A DNA stretch of 64,000 nucleotides. Origin: Nageia nagi. Lineage: Eukaryota > Plantae > Pinophyta. Both the position numbers and the translations under genes were made by a program. How positions within the stretch are numbered: position 1 is the stretch's first letter; each line of letters begins with the position of its first letter. The notes under the pieces were generated by a model. That model was given only the letters and a program-made list of their open reading frames with translations. It ran no database searches and was not told the DNA's origin. Of the stretch, positions 52,131 to 64,000 are shown in pieces. The stretch covers positions 158,782,001-158,846,000 of the forward strand of contig JBITNC010000001.1 of NCBI GenBank assembly GCA_050084985.1, in the 5' to 3' direction.

Positions 52131-54276
52131 AACAAAAGCTAGAGCTATGAGAAGAGACTGCACTTTTATGCCCTTTAAAGTTTGTTTGTTAAGAGGAAAC
52201 TTAGAGGATACAACTTAGTGTATAATCAAAAATTTCCAAGCCTCAAGTCCTTTAATAGCCTAAATAATCCATTTAGCACTCAATGAAACTCCTTATCTCT
52301 TGCAGTCAATCAAACTCATACCCCCTAAACCCTTACAAAAGGTATAATTTTCCCAGGCCATTCTATGAAAGCCTTTGTAGTCTAAAGATGAAGCCCATAA
52401 AAAATTCTATAAAATCTTTTCTAACTCACTATAGCATGTTTACGAAGGAACCCAACATGGGAGTAATAAACATAAGTGTATGCTAGAATTTTTGAACAAA
52501 TTTATAATTTTCATGTCAGAGATAACTTCTTAAACATCTAGTATTCAATTTTCTTTTCAAATTTTTGAACAAGATGACTCAACATAAGGGAAGGAGAGCC
52601 TTGAAAAGCAAATGGAATGCTAAGGAATTTAAATACCTCCATTGGAGAGATCTAGTGACATTAATAGTGCTTCATCCAAGGAGGCATGGGAAAAGGAGAC
52701 TATGTATAACATGATGTTTTGCACCATTGAATAATGGATCCAAAAGCTTTAAAAAAATTATTTGAACATTGGATATCTTCTATCAAGGAATTTTTATCTT
52801 CTTGAATGGCAAGGAAAGAATCATCTACAAAATGACCATTGGTTAACTTTTAGAAATATTAGGAGGATCAAAATAATATTATTATTAAACTTGAAAGTAA
52901 AAGTACTAAGGTAAGGAAATATATCATCAAGAGTGAGCATGTACAAATTAGAGAGACATAAGAAATTTGTTAAGCGGGGGGAATAAAGAAAAAAATCCCT
53001 ACATTGCAAGAATGGCAAAAGGCCAAAAAAAATAGAAGAGCTATAGAGAGCTAATTACAAGGTTTAAGAGAATTCCTAGATGAAGAAAAGAGAAGGGAGT
53101 ACCTCAATAAATAAAGGTGGAGAGAGAAAGTTACAAAGTAATTCATATTTTCTAAACTTACCACCTTGTAATACAAGAGGTAGGATTTATAGAATAACAC
53201 TCATTCTAGAAGGAGTTACAAATTAGTGTAGCCCCCATTCTAGAATCATATCATAAGAAGAAAAGATATGAATTATTTCACATATTTGTGAGAATATTCA
53301 TAAGTACATAAAAGGATAAAATAGGTGTATGCATTCCTTTGGAATATTCTTTACACTACAAAATGAAGATAAATAATTATTCTCTAACCTAAACTAACCA
53401 AGTAAAGATTACACATTCTAACATTCCCCTTTTAAACTTTACTTAGAGTTTACAAAGATAAAGTGCCAAGAAAATATTACAATTCTAACAATAAATGACC
53501 TTGATTATCTAGTAAGTAAATACCATGAAGTAATATATCTGAATCTTGCTTAGCAAGAAGATATCTATATTCAAAATACAAAGTGAGGGGACCATAGGAC
53601 ACCCCTACCGAATTGATTGAAAGATACCAATTTTCTTTTTTTTAGAGTTATTCAAAGAAAACAAAGAAGAGGCATCTTGAAATAGAATCCTTATAGTATG
53701 AATAAACTAAGGATCGAAACCAAGAGCTCAAAGCATAGAAATGATGAATAACCATTCATTCATATCATATGCTTTCTCAAAATTAATTTTGATAAACCAA
53801 AAATGTATTTTGATTATTATTGATAAAACATATTAAAAAGAAATATAATAAATTTAAAAATGAAATTTTATATTATTTAGCTTGATAATATCAATCATTA
53901 TCAACAATTTAAAAGTTATAATGAATTGAAAATATTAAAAATAAGTCCATATATATCTTTTAATATCACTTTTATTACATGTTAATTATTTTTTTAAAAA
54001 ATAGATCTTAAATACAATACAATAAATAATTTTAATTTTACATTGAACGCATAATTATTTAGCAAAAATATTATTCATTTTTATTAAAGAATAAAATAGA
54101 AAAGGAAATGAGAAAACCCTAGTAAATCATTTATACAAATAAAATAAAATAAAAAATTCAAATAATGAACATGAATATAATTTAATTATGATGAATGTGT
54201 TTAATTAAATAAAAATGACTTTTTAACATTAAACATTATGTATGTTGTCACTGTTAAATATTGTGTTCTTCATTTA

Positions 54277-54376
54277 NNNNNNNNNNNNNNNNNNNNNNNN
54301 NNNNNNNNNNNNNNNNNNNNNNNNNNNNNNNNNNNNNNNNNNNNNNNNNNNNNNNNNNNNNNNNNNNNNNNNNNNN
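54277..54376. other. Scaffold gap (100 N)
   Basis: Run of 100 N. Confidence 1.
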
Positions 54377-57300
54377 TACGATTTTATATGCTCTCATTAA
54401 CATACCATAAATTTTATTTATTCCCTTTTAAGAAAAGGATATCTTAGTTATTTACCAAGAATTGGCCAGGGTTCATTTTAAGACCCCTTACCTTAAATTA
54501 TTTTATATAAACAAAGGTAAACTATTTAGTAGGGTTGGCAAATTTGAGGGAATAGGGTATTGAAATGATGAAAATTAAAATAAAAGTTCAAAGATATATT
54601 GAAAAAAAAGCAAATTTAAAGTTTCGTAATTTTTAAGAATTTATTCAATAGTACGATGCAACCAAATGATTGCAATATGTAAGAAGATAATTACAACATA
54701 TTAACAAAATATAACTTTTGAAAAATAATATTAATTATAAAAAATAATTTTAAATATAAACATTTAAAAAAATATATTTTTTAAAAACCCTCAAATGGAG
54801 ATGATAGAGTTGTGCAAGGAAGATACAGGTAGGAGAATAAGCTTAACTCATATTTGTGTAAATCAAGAAGAGGAAAGGACTATAGGAATACAAAAACATG
54901 TGCTATGTCTACTAGATAGCACAAGGAGGACCCTCTAATCTATTTGAAGTGTCTTAACTTTGCATAGTCTTAAGAGCTGCTACATTGTTAATGCCCATAT
55001 CAAAAGAATGAGGGCTCATTGTATTTTCTTATGGATCATATGAGGAAAGGGGATTCACTCAAATACCAATATGTATGAAGAGCTTCCTCTATGTATAGGG
55101 AACCTTAAAATTTTGGCATAAGCCAACACCTAAAAGATCTTTGCTTCATTAGTCTAGTGAGCTTCTTTGATTTATGGGGGAACCTTGGGATTTTGGTGTA
55201 GGCCATTACCTATAAACATATCTTAGCACTAATGATCTAGAGTAGCTATCTTTTTTATGGCATAGTAGAACTCCAACAAAGATTGCCAAAAAGGATGATC
55301 CCAAGATTCGAGGCTCATAAGCCAAAAAATGAATCATGGAGTATATATTTAAAATGATGTAGAAGGATTATCTTTCAAATTGTATGGGGTGCTATAGGGT
55401 ACAGATATGTAGGGCTCCAACAAAGCTCTTTTCTTGCATTTTAGATATCTACAAAATGATTAATTAGGATAGAAGACTATATCACTATCAAGATTAATCA
55501 TAGAGATAAGATCTAGAATAAAGAAGAGTCTCATCTTTCAAATAGCATAGGCTATTAGAGGGCATAAGGATATTAGGCTTAAACAAACCTCCTCTTCAAC
55601 ATTTTCTAAGTTTATAGTGAAATGATTATTCAAAATAGTTATATGGGTTCATATAAAGACTCTATGAAAATGAATCATTTCAGAATGTTTTTTTTATTAC
55701 TATTAATCTTATTAGCTATGATGTGCTACATTTTTTTAATATTTATTATTATTGATATCTTGCATGCTACATTTTATGATCCTTAAGAATATTATATTTT
55801 GTTGTATGCTTTTTTATGATGTGCTCCAATAATATGTTACCATGTGGAATTCAAAAACACAAAGTGGAAGAAAAATAAGGTGTTGCAAGTAGTTTAAGCT
55901 TCCAATAAAGCTAGTAGGCCCCTTCATGACCTTGCCTTTATGCATGTTGTAATGGATCCACATTGTGAGGTCTTCAAACCCTTACATTTAGGTTTCCCAT
56001 GTTGATTTCTCTACACCATCTCCACATGGCCTCCCACAGGTCATCTCCTTTATGTGTATCATCCACATCATTATCCATGTGCATCCTTTAACTCCACATT
56101 CACTAGTAATTGGTAGGTATTTTCTAAATGAGTGGGTCCCTCTTGGATATGATTATGTAGATCTTACATTTCTACACAAAAATTGGTAGGTCCATCTACT
56201 CAGCGCACCTATCCTTCTTCTCCATTCGTCATCCAAGTGGATATTAGCTCCACTATGTTATTTTTATATTTTGAATTACAAAATATTTTTTAGAACCTTT
56301 TGGTATAAATAAAATTAGTAAAACTTAAAATCTGCATAAAAATCATTTCAAACATCAGATTTTGAAAGCATCAAAGTTTCCAAAAAGCTATAAGAGAGGT
56401 TTTACATATGAAAATATAGAATCAAATTTTTGGTAACTTTTATTTTTTTGAAATAATTCCCATTTTGGATCACATCTCCCTTTGTATGTGATTTTGGTCC
56501 CACAAAAGCCTTAAGATTCAAATTATGAGGAAAACCAAATCCTCAAATCAAATCCAAAATTATACCTCTTCTTGAAATCATTCTATCTTTTGCTCATGCT
56601 CTTAACTTATAGCTTTTCAAATTATATTTGAGTATGTCTTTTTTATGTTATCTTTGGGTCTTCCTTTGGATCTTATCTTATCCCACATGGAATTTTTCCT
56701 CTAGAATCTCTCTTAATTCTACCTCTAAATAATCTCAATTTACCACATTCAATGGATGTAACATCAAAATATCTAATTTCATACTCTAGGCACAACTTTG
56801 AATTCCAATTTCCATTTCTCATTGTTAAATTGAATAGGATTTAATATCAATGTGATTCATAAAGTGTAGTTTCCTATGGCATTTTGAGACTCACTGCATA
56901 TGGATTTTGAATACTTGAACTTATGGTACTTATGGAATACAAATTTAAAAAGTTAAGAGAGATTTTAAACAACATCACAAAAATTATGAAATAATAATTG
57001 AGCTTAGAGAAATCAAATGTGGGAAAAATTCTAGCCAAAAATCTCTACTATATTATGAAGAGGAGAGTTAAATAGTGGCCTTCCTTCAAAATGCCACTAA
57101 TAGGAACAAACACATGGTATTTAAAAGTCCAATAGATTTGCTTTTAATACTCTCAATACTTAAGAAAAAAGCTTACAATATCTCTTACAATAATTCTTAT
57201 ATCACACTTGCATAGAATCTTACAATTTCTTATGCTTTTTGCATTAAGATAACATAATTATCTATGTTCCTTTAATAAATAGGCTCTCTAAATTCTCCAC

Positions 57301-58722
57301 CAATAATTAGCTATCTTCCTCTCAGGAATTTGTTCTTCTTATTGGAATGTATGTGTGTCTACTTTACAAGTTGATGGATTCTCTCTACACTCAACTCTTT
57401 ATGGAGATCTCAACACACTATAGAGTACTACACAAATTACCCACTTACAAATGCTTTTTCATGGAGTCTTTACAAATACAAACTCCATGACCATATAGGC
57501 TTCTTAAAATGTCTCTCATGCACTATATCATGGATTGTGTGTATGTCATTTTTCCACTCTCCATAAGCTCCCTTTTATAATTTTTAAGGGGATTAAAGTG
57601 GAAAAAATGGTTACAATAAAATATTCCTCTCCTATGAATTATTTATCTTCATCTCCAACTACACAATCTGACTTATATCCCTTTTAGCATTTTGCTTTCT
57701 CAACATTTAATTTGAGAAGGTTTGTTTTGGATATTAGTAATAAAATATAATTATTATATATCTACTCTTTTATTTTCTTTCTCAAAATAACTTAAACTAT
57801 TCATCTAGAAAATATTTGGGAAATTACACAAGCTCGAAAGACATCTACATGTTTTACAATAAATAAAAAATAAAATAACATCCAAAAATACCCCAACTCC
57901 TTAGTATAAGGGATGGATTCAATGATATGCTACCATGTGGAATTTACAAATGTAAAAAAGGAAATCAAACAAAGTGTTATAAGTAGTATGTGCTTCTAAT
58001 AGAGTTGTTATACCTCTTCATGACATCACCTTTGTATAGAATATAATGGCTCCATATAAGAAGGGTCTTCAAAATCCTCATGTGTGTTTCCTCATGTCGA
58101 GTCTAATAAATCATCTCCACATGGCCTTCATTGTAGATCATCACCTTTATGCACATCATCCACATCACTAGCCATGGGCATCCTTTAACTCCATGTTTGT
58201 TGCTAATTAATAACTCTTTTCCAAACAAATGGGTCCATATTGGCTATGCTGATATCGATAATATATTTTCACATGGATGCTAGTAATTCCATCTACTCCA
58301 TGCACTTGTGCTTCTCCTCCATTGGTCATTTATATATATATATGTATGTATGTATATAAAACTTTTTCTAAAACCTTTTTATTTAAATAAATTGAATCAA
58401 ACTTCAAAGCTATATAAAATCCACTTCAAGCATCACACTTTGAAACTGTCAAAGGTTTCAAGAAGTTGGAAGAGAGCTCTTCAACATGAAGATATAAAAT
58501 CACATTTTTGGGAATTTTTATTTTTTGATCGAATTCCCATTTTAAATGACTAACATGATCCATAAAATTTACTTGCTTATGGTATTGTGAGACTCACCAT
58601 ATACAAATTTCTCACACTTGAACTTCAAGTACTTGTGGAATACAAATTCAAAGAGTTATTAGAGATAGTAAATACCATCATGAAAATTATGAGGTAACAA
58701 TTTACGATGGAGAAACCCAATG
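54377..58722 (+). repeat. Direct duplicate of ~47140-51948
   Basis: Colinear high-identity match starting at the gap. Lacks ~48545-49125 and has ~60 bp extra near 58340-58410. Confidence 0.9.
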
Positions 58723-59099
58723 AAAATTAAAGTTATTTGTTTCTAAAAATTGAATTTGAAAAACCCTATGATCATATAGAATGGCATTTAATAGATTCAA
58801 TGTTGCAATATTTGGGTTTTGGTTCGAATTTCATTAAAACTCTCAATATATTATTTAATGATGCCTTAATGGTATTATCAATCAATAATTCATATTTTGA
58901 TTAGATTGGTTTTTTCCATTAGATTTTGTAGGTTTTCCTACTCACCTTATCACTTTATGTTCTAGAAGCTAAGACTTTTGGTTAGTTCCTTACTCATCAA
59001 GTTTCTATTGGCATGGTTAAGGGAATTGTTCTCCTTAATAATCAAGGGGAACTTGGCAATGGTCACTTTCAATATGACTCTTTCCTAAACTTGTAGGAA

Positions 59100-61400
59100 G
59101 AAGAATAGTTTATCACATAAGTTCTTAAATTCTTGGATACCTCCTACAAATTGTCTATGACTAATACACAATGGAGTAATACTTCATGTTATAGATAATG
59201 ACCGATCCCCATACCCAATTGGCTTAACCCAAGCTTAACCAATACAAGTGGAACTAGCAACAACATAGAGAAGCTTATATATTTCTAAGCATTCCCTTTG
59301 CTCTACAACCTATCATTGTCTCCATTTTAGTGATTTTTAGTGCTAAAAGTAGAAAAATTTAACTATTAGCTTACCAAAAAGCTCTACTTGGCTAGTAAAT
59401 TTCAATTATGCTCCAAGGTTTTAGCTGCTACTCATGTGCATGATTACTCCTATTGGGTACAATCATAGGTTTTTTATCACATATTATATAAGATTCTTCA
59501 TGACTTCATTTAGTCCAATTTTTATTTGAAGAAAGGATTTCATCTTGTATCGTGTGATGTATCCTACCTCTCTAAAAGCTCTAGATCGATGGGACTTCTG
59601 GATTATTATTGCTAGGGTATTGTATGGCATGCAAAATGGATATTATAGGCTATAAAAGGTAATGAAGCTTTTAAATTGCTTCTTAACTATCTTATATCTT
59701 GTAGTAGCATGCTAAACTATTAAGCATAGAAAGGTATGTTCTTTGAGTCCCTCCTTGTTACCTTAGTAACTATTAAGATACTTGGATCTTTTATTTTCCA
59801 TAGTATCTAGTGAGCTTGGAAATAACTTAAACCCTAGCTTCATTGAAAATATGAATGGTTTAGAAAGTTATTCTTTGTCAACACTTAGAATATTTCAAGA
59901 TCGATTATTTTATAATACCATGGTAATCCTCTTACTTATGTGTAATGGATTCATATCCAATATTATTTTAGAAAATGTATTAGCATAGTGGCAGTTTTTT
60001 TCATGTTACACTAGGGACTGGATACCTTGGGAAGAGTTTCATCATACCTTTCATTTATCTGGTACAAACAAGTATATATATGATGCAATCATAACATGCA
60101 CCCCTCATTCAATTTTATATAAAATTGGTGGATTGGCTAGGAATGGTATATTAACAATCCATTTGTCAATTACAATGCCAAGTGTGGGTATACTTGGCTT
60201 TTACCATATTTTCTTATGATTCCTCAATTTGATAAGAAATGAAATTTTATTTTCACTAGAACTAGATAACAAGCTAGGTCTTAGATAGTTTAGGCTTATT
60301 ACATTCAGACCAAGAAATACTCTTTCTACATGGAGCCTATTGTCTCAAGGCCTTACTTAAGTGATCAATTGAAGCATCTAGGTTTCATTAACCTACTATG
60401 CCCATTCTATAATATATCTAAGTTTTATTTCCACTTATTTTGGTCCCATGAGAATGCCAGAAGTGCATGGAAGTGAATTTGCATTATCTTTATATTATTT
60501 ATACTAGTCACCTCTTAGAAATAGGCATTATTGGGTGATGTTTTCACCTTCACTCTCCCATTGCATGAAGTGTGGAATATTATTTTAGTTAGCATTTTCT
60601 ATTCTTTATGGAAATCTCTTAATAGTATCATTTTTTCTTAACAATTTATATTATTTCTTTTTTCTTTCTAACAAGATGCCAGTGTTTCATAATCTATAGC
60701 TATAAATTTGTATTTGGATAAAAAAGTGGTGATGGAGTTGGAGAACCTTCACACTCTATTAGATTATTGGGAAAATGCCTCATGTATTGTGAGTTTAATC
60801 CCTTGAGATCATTCATCCTAGGATAATTCTAGGTCTCATTCACACCACAACCATCGTCATGTGTGAGCTCAGTCCTTTGAGCACCATAAATTGCAATTGC
60901 TACTAATTGGAAATTCTTGGCATACTGCAAGAAACAACTCCTTCCATGTAGAAGGATGGGATGTGCAACCAAAGTCTTTTGAACCCATGGTAGGTTGGAG
61001 TGATGATGATTTCTAGGAGACAATATGGTCATCTTGATATTGCCAAATACATACCAAAATATCATGGATGATGAGGACCTCCCTCTTGCTTGCACATCTC
61101 TTAATTTGATCTAAGTTTTACTTAGTTGGATTTTAATGCCTTATTTTAGTGGCCAAGGGTCATAATGGAGACTTAATTTTTTTTCCTCCTAACCTTTGTT
61201 GCCTCCTAACCCACAAGGTTAGTATGACTCCATATTGAGATGTGATTTAGCCACCCACACCTTTTCTTTATTATAAAATGTTTATATTTTATTAATCTAA
61301 CATCTTTTTATGAAAGAGAATGTAAAAGAGAGATGAAAGTTATAAAAGATTTATATTTTATTTTGATTAAATAAAAGACTTATAAATTATCAATATTATA
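59100..61400 (+). mobile_element. LINE family X, longest copy (post-RT ORF2, zf-RVT, 3' tail)
   Basis: LASKFQLCSKVLAATHVH...KKGFHLVS...HAKWI and WSLLSQGL..DQLKHLGFINLLCPFYNISKFYFHLFWSHENARSAW. Confidence 0.75.
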
Positions 61401-61742
61401 GAAATTAATTTTTCAATTTATACATAGAAAGGTAAAAATTTCATGATACAAGAAAATAACTAAAAAAATAACTTTTAAATTTTTATATAAAAATTATAAA
61501 TACATACAAAAACAAATTCCAATAACCAAAGAATTATAAGAACATCAACTTTACCAAAATATATTGCAACATTTTTTAATAACCAAATAAAATCTAATTA
61601 AAATTATTAGTTGTAGATAGAGATAGTCAAAGGATAAAATAATATGATTACAATATTTTTCTATCATCAAAGACGATTAAGCTAAAAATCAAGACTAAAC
61701 TTGGGTTTGATGGCTCTCAGACTCGAATTTATTTTCTCAGGC

Positions 61743-62337
61743 TCAATTATTTTCTAAAGAGAAGACGGAAAATCGAGAGGATTGTTTGAGGAGCTTTCGG
61801 GATCTGACCCGCTCTTGCAGTCTGATGAGAGTCTTCATGCACTGCAACGCCATCCTCGCCTCCCTCCTCACAACAAACCCGCGGAACAATGCCTGCAACC
61901 TCACCACCGCCTTCAGAGCACGCAATGCCTTCTTTGCCTGCATCGCAAACACAAAACAAAAATAATATCATTTATTTCTTCATCAAGGTCAGGCAATCGA
62001 ATGTATGCTTAGTTTAAAGCCTTTGATCTTACGAGATGGCCACGGTAGGCTGCTTGGATTCTGATGGCGGCGCGCTGCTCTAAACACCACACTTCATTTT
62101 CATACGAGCGGCGATATGCCATATCCATAGTCAGTTGAGTAAGATTCAGAACCACTGCCGCGGCTTGGACGGCTACAGCTGCTGCCTCCGTTGCTGCGGC
62201 TGTTGCATGGGCTATCTCCTTTTGACCATCATTCTTTTCATCCTCTTCGCATATCTGAGGGAATAATATGACCAAGAATGCGAGGATTTCATCATCCTCT
62301 TCACATGCTGTTTCAGCCAATTTTCAGTCTTTACCAT
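61743..62337 (-). CDS. IQD-d: short IQ67-domain protein, exons 62337-62033 and 61937-61743 (~166 aa if a 1-bp frameshift at 62259-62261 is corrected)
   Basis: Canonical GT..CAG 95-nt phase-0 intron inside IQ67. MVKTENWLKQHVKR start. G3 run where IQD-a and IQD-c have G4 shifts the frame at about codon 27. Confidence 0.8.
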
Positions 62338-62599
62338 TCTTTCACAATGCAATTAGCATCTCAGAATATCACAACAAGTTTCTTTGAAATCCAGTCGTTA
62401 TCTTTTTGCGTGGAAATAAATCCAAAGACGTGGAGCGTACGGGAAAAGGCTGCGAAAGTGTTGAGCTTTATCTTAGCTTTAGTGACGCACCACAACTGCA
62501 CTCTGCAAGTCCAAAGCACAGCAATGTTGTCAGGACAGACCCCAACATGCTGCTTCCACGTCTCCCTCTCCAATTTCTTTAAAAAAGATTTCAATTATT

Positions 62600-64000
62600 T
62601 AATTTAAGGAGGTTTGGTTTTTATAATAGTAATTAAGGATAACTATTATCTATCTACTTTTTTATTTTCTTCCTCAAAATACCTTGAAACAGGCCCTTAG
62701 AAAATATATGGGAAGTTACACAGGCTTGAATGAAATCTATCAGTTCTTCAATAAATAATAAATAAAATAATATCCAAAAATACCCAACCTCTCAATGTGA
62801 AGGGAGACTTCAGTAATATGTTACCATGTGGAAGTCAACAACTCAAAAGGAAGCCAAATAGGGTGTTGTAAGTGGTCTAAGCTTCCAATAAAGCTGGTAG
62901 GCCCCTTCATGACAGCGCCTTTGTGCATGTTGGAATGAATCCACATGATAAGATCTTCAAAACCCTTACATATAGGTCCCCATGTTGATTTCGTTACACC
63001 ATCTGCACATGGCATCATTGTAGATCATCTCTTCTATGTGTTTCATCCACATCATTGTTCATGGGTATCCTTTGACTCCATGTTTGTTGGTAATTGGTAG
63101 ACCTTTTTATAAATGAGTGCATCCCTCTTAGCTATGTTAATGTGGCTCTTACATTTCTACACAATAGTTGGTAATTCCATCTAATCAATACACCTATCCT
63201 TCTCCTCCTTTAGTCATCCATGTGGATTTTGGGTCTTATTTTGACATTTTGAATTGCAAAATATTTTTTAAAACCTTTTGATTTACATAAAATTAGTAAA
63301 ACTTAAAACCTACATAAAAATCACTTCAAACATTAGATTTTGAAACCATCAAAGTTTCCAAAAATATTGAGGAGAGGTCTTTAATATGAAGATATAAAAT
63401 CAATTTTTGTTAACATTAATTTTTTGAAATAATTCCCATTTTGGATCACTTGTCCATTTGTATATGATTTTGATCCCACAAAAGTCTCAAGATTCAAATG
63501 ATGAGGAAAAATAAATCCCCAAATCAAATCCAAAATTATACCTTTTCTTGAAATCATTCTATCTTTTGCTCATTCTCTTAACTTATGGCTTTTCACATTG
63601 TCATTGAGTATGCCTTTTTATTTTATCTTTGGGTTTTCCTCTGGGTCTTATCTTATCCCACTTGGTATTTTTCCTTTAGAATATTTCTCAATTCTACCTC
63701 TAAATAATTTCATTTTACCACACTCCATGGATGTGATAGTAAAATCTCTAATTCCATATTCTAGTCATAATTTTGAATTCCAATTCCCATTTCTTATTAT
63801 GAAATCAAATGGGCTTTGATATCAATGTGATTCATAAAGCATAGTTTCCTATGGCATTACAAGACTCACCACATATGGATTTTGCATACTTGAACCTATG
63901 GTACTTATGGAATATAAATTTAAAAAATTAAGATAAATTGTAAACATTATCACAAAAATTATAAGATAACATTTTACCTCAGAGAAACCAAATGTGGGAA
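62600..64000. repeat. Family R unit directly upstream of IQD-d
   Basis: Colinear with 48916-50320. Confidence 0.85.

Noticed and set aside
62361-62594. Possible conserved uORF upstream of IQD (also 12628-12819 and 24235-24441)
   Set aside because: Reading frame and start are not conserved among copies.
1-64000. CRISPR arrays, tRNA or rRNA genes
   Set aside because: No repeat-spacer structure or recognisable structural RNA; eukaryotic TE-rich DNA.

Overview
AT-rich, CpG-depleted plant nuclear DNA with three 100-N scaffold gaps. A large-genome plant, probably a gymnosperm, is inferred from the style of the repeats and PPR remnants. Most of the window is decayed transposable elements: Ty3/gypsy, Ty1/copia, L1-type LINEs, a solo LTR, a TIR element and a probable Helitron end. 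It also holds two PPR pseudogenes and local segmental duplications, direct and inverted. The only recognisable host-gene family with near-intact copies is a dispersed cluster of four minus-strand, very short IQ67-domain (IQD, calmodulin-binding) genes: IQD-a 12209-12604, IQD-b 17101-17366, IQD-c 23587-24230 and IQD-d 61743-62337. They lack the usual IQD C-terminal half. As assembled, each copy has a lesion: deletions in a; truncation and methylation-type decay in b; AG>AA splice acceptor in c; a 1-bp homopolymer frameshift in d. Copies c and d share a near-identical ~280-bp tract including the intron, which suggests gene conversion. Each copy sits tail-to-tail with the same LINE 3' end, and a fifth LINE end runs into an assembly gap, so a further copy may be missing. 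Identities and many TE boundaries were judged by eye.
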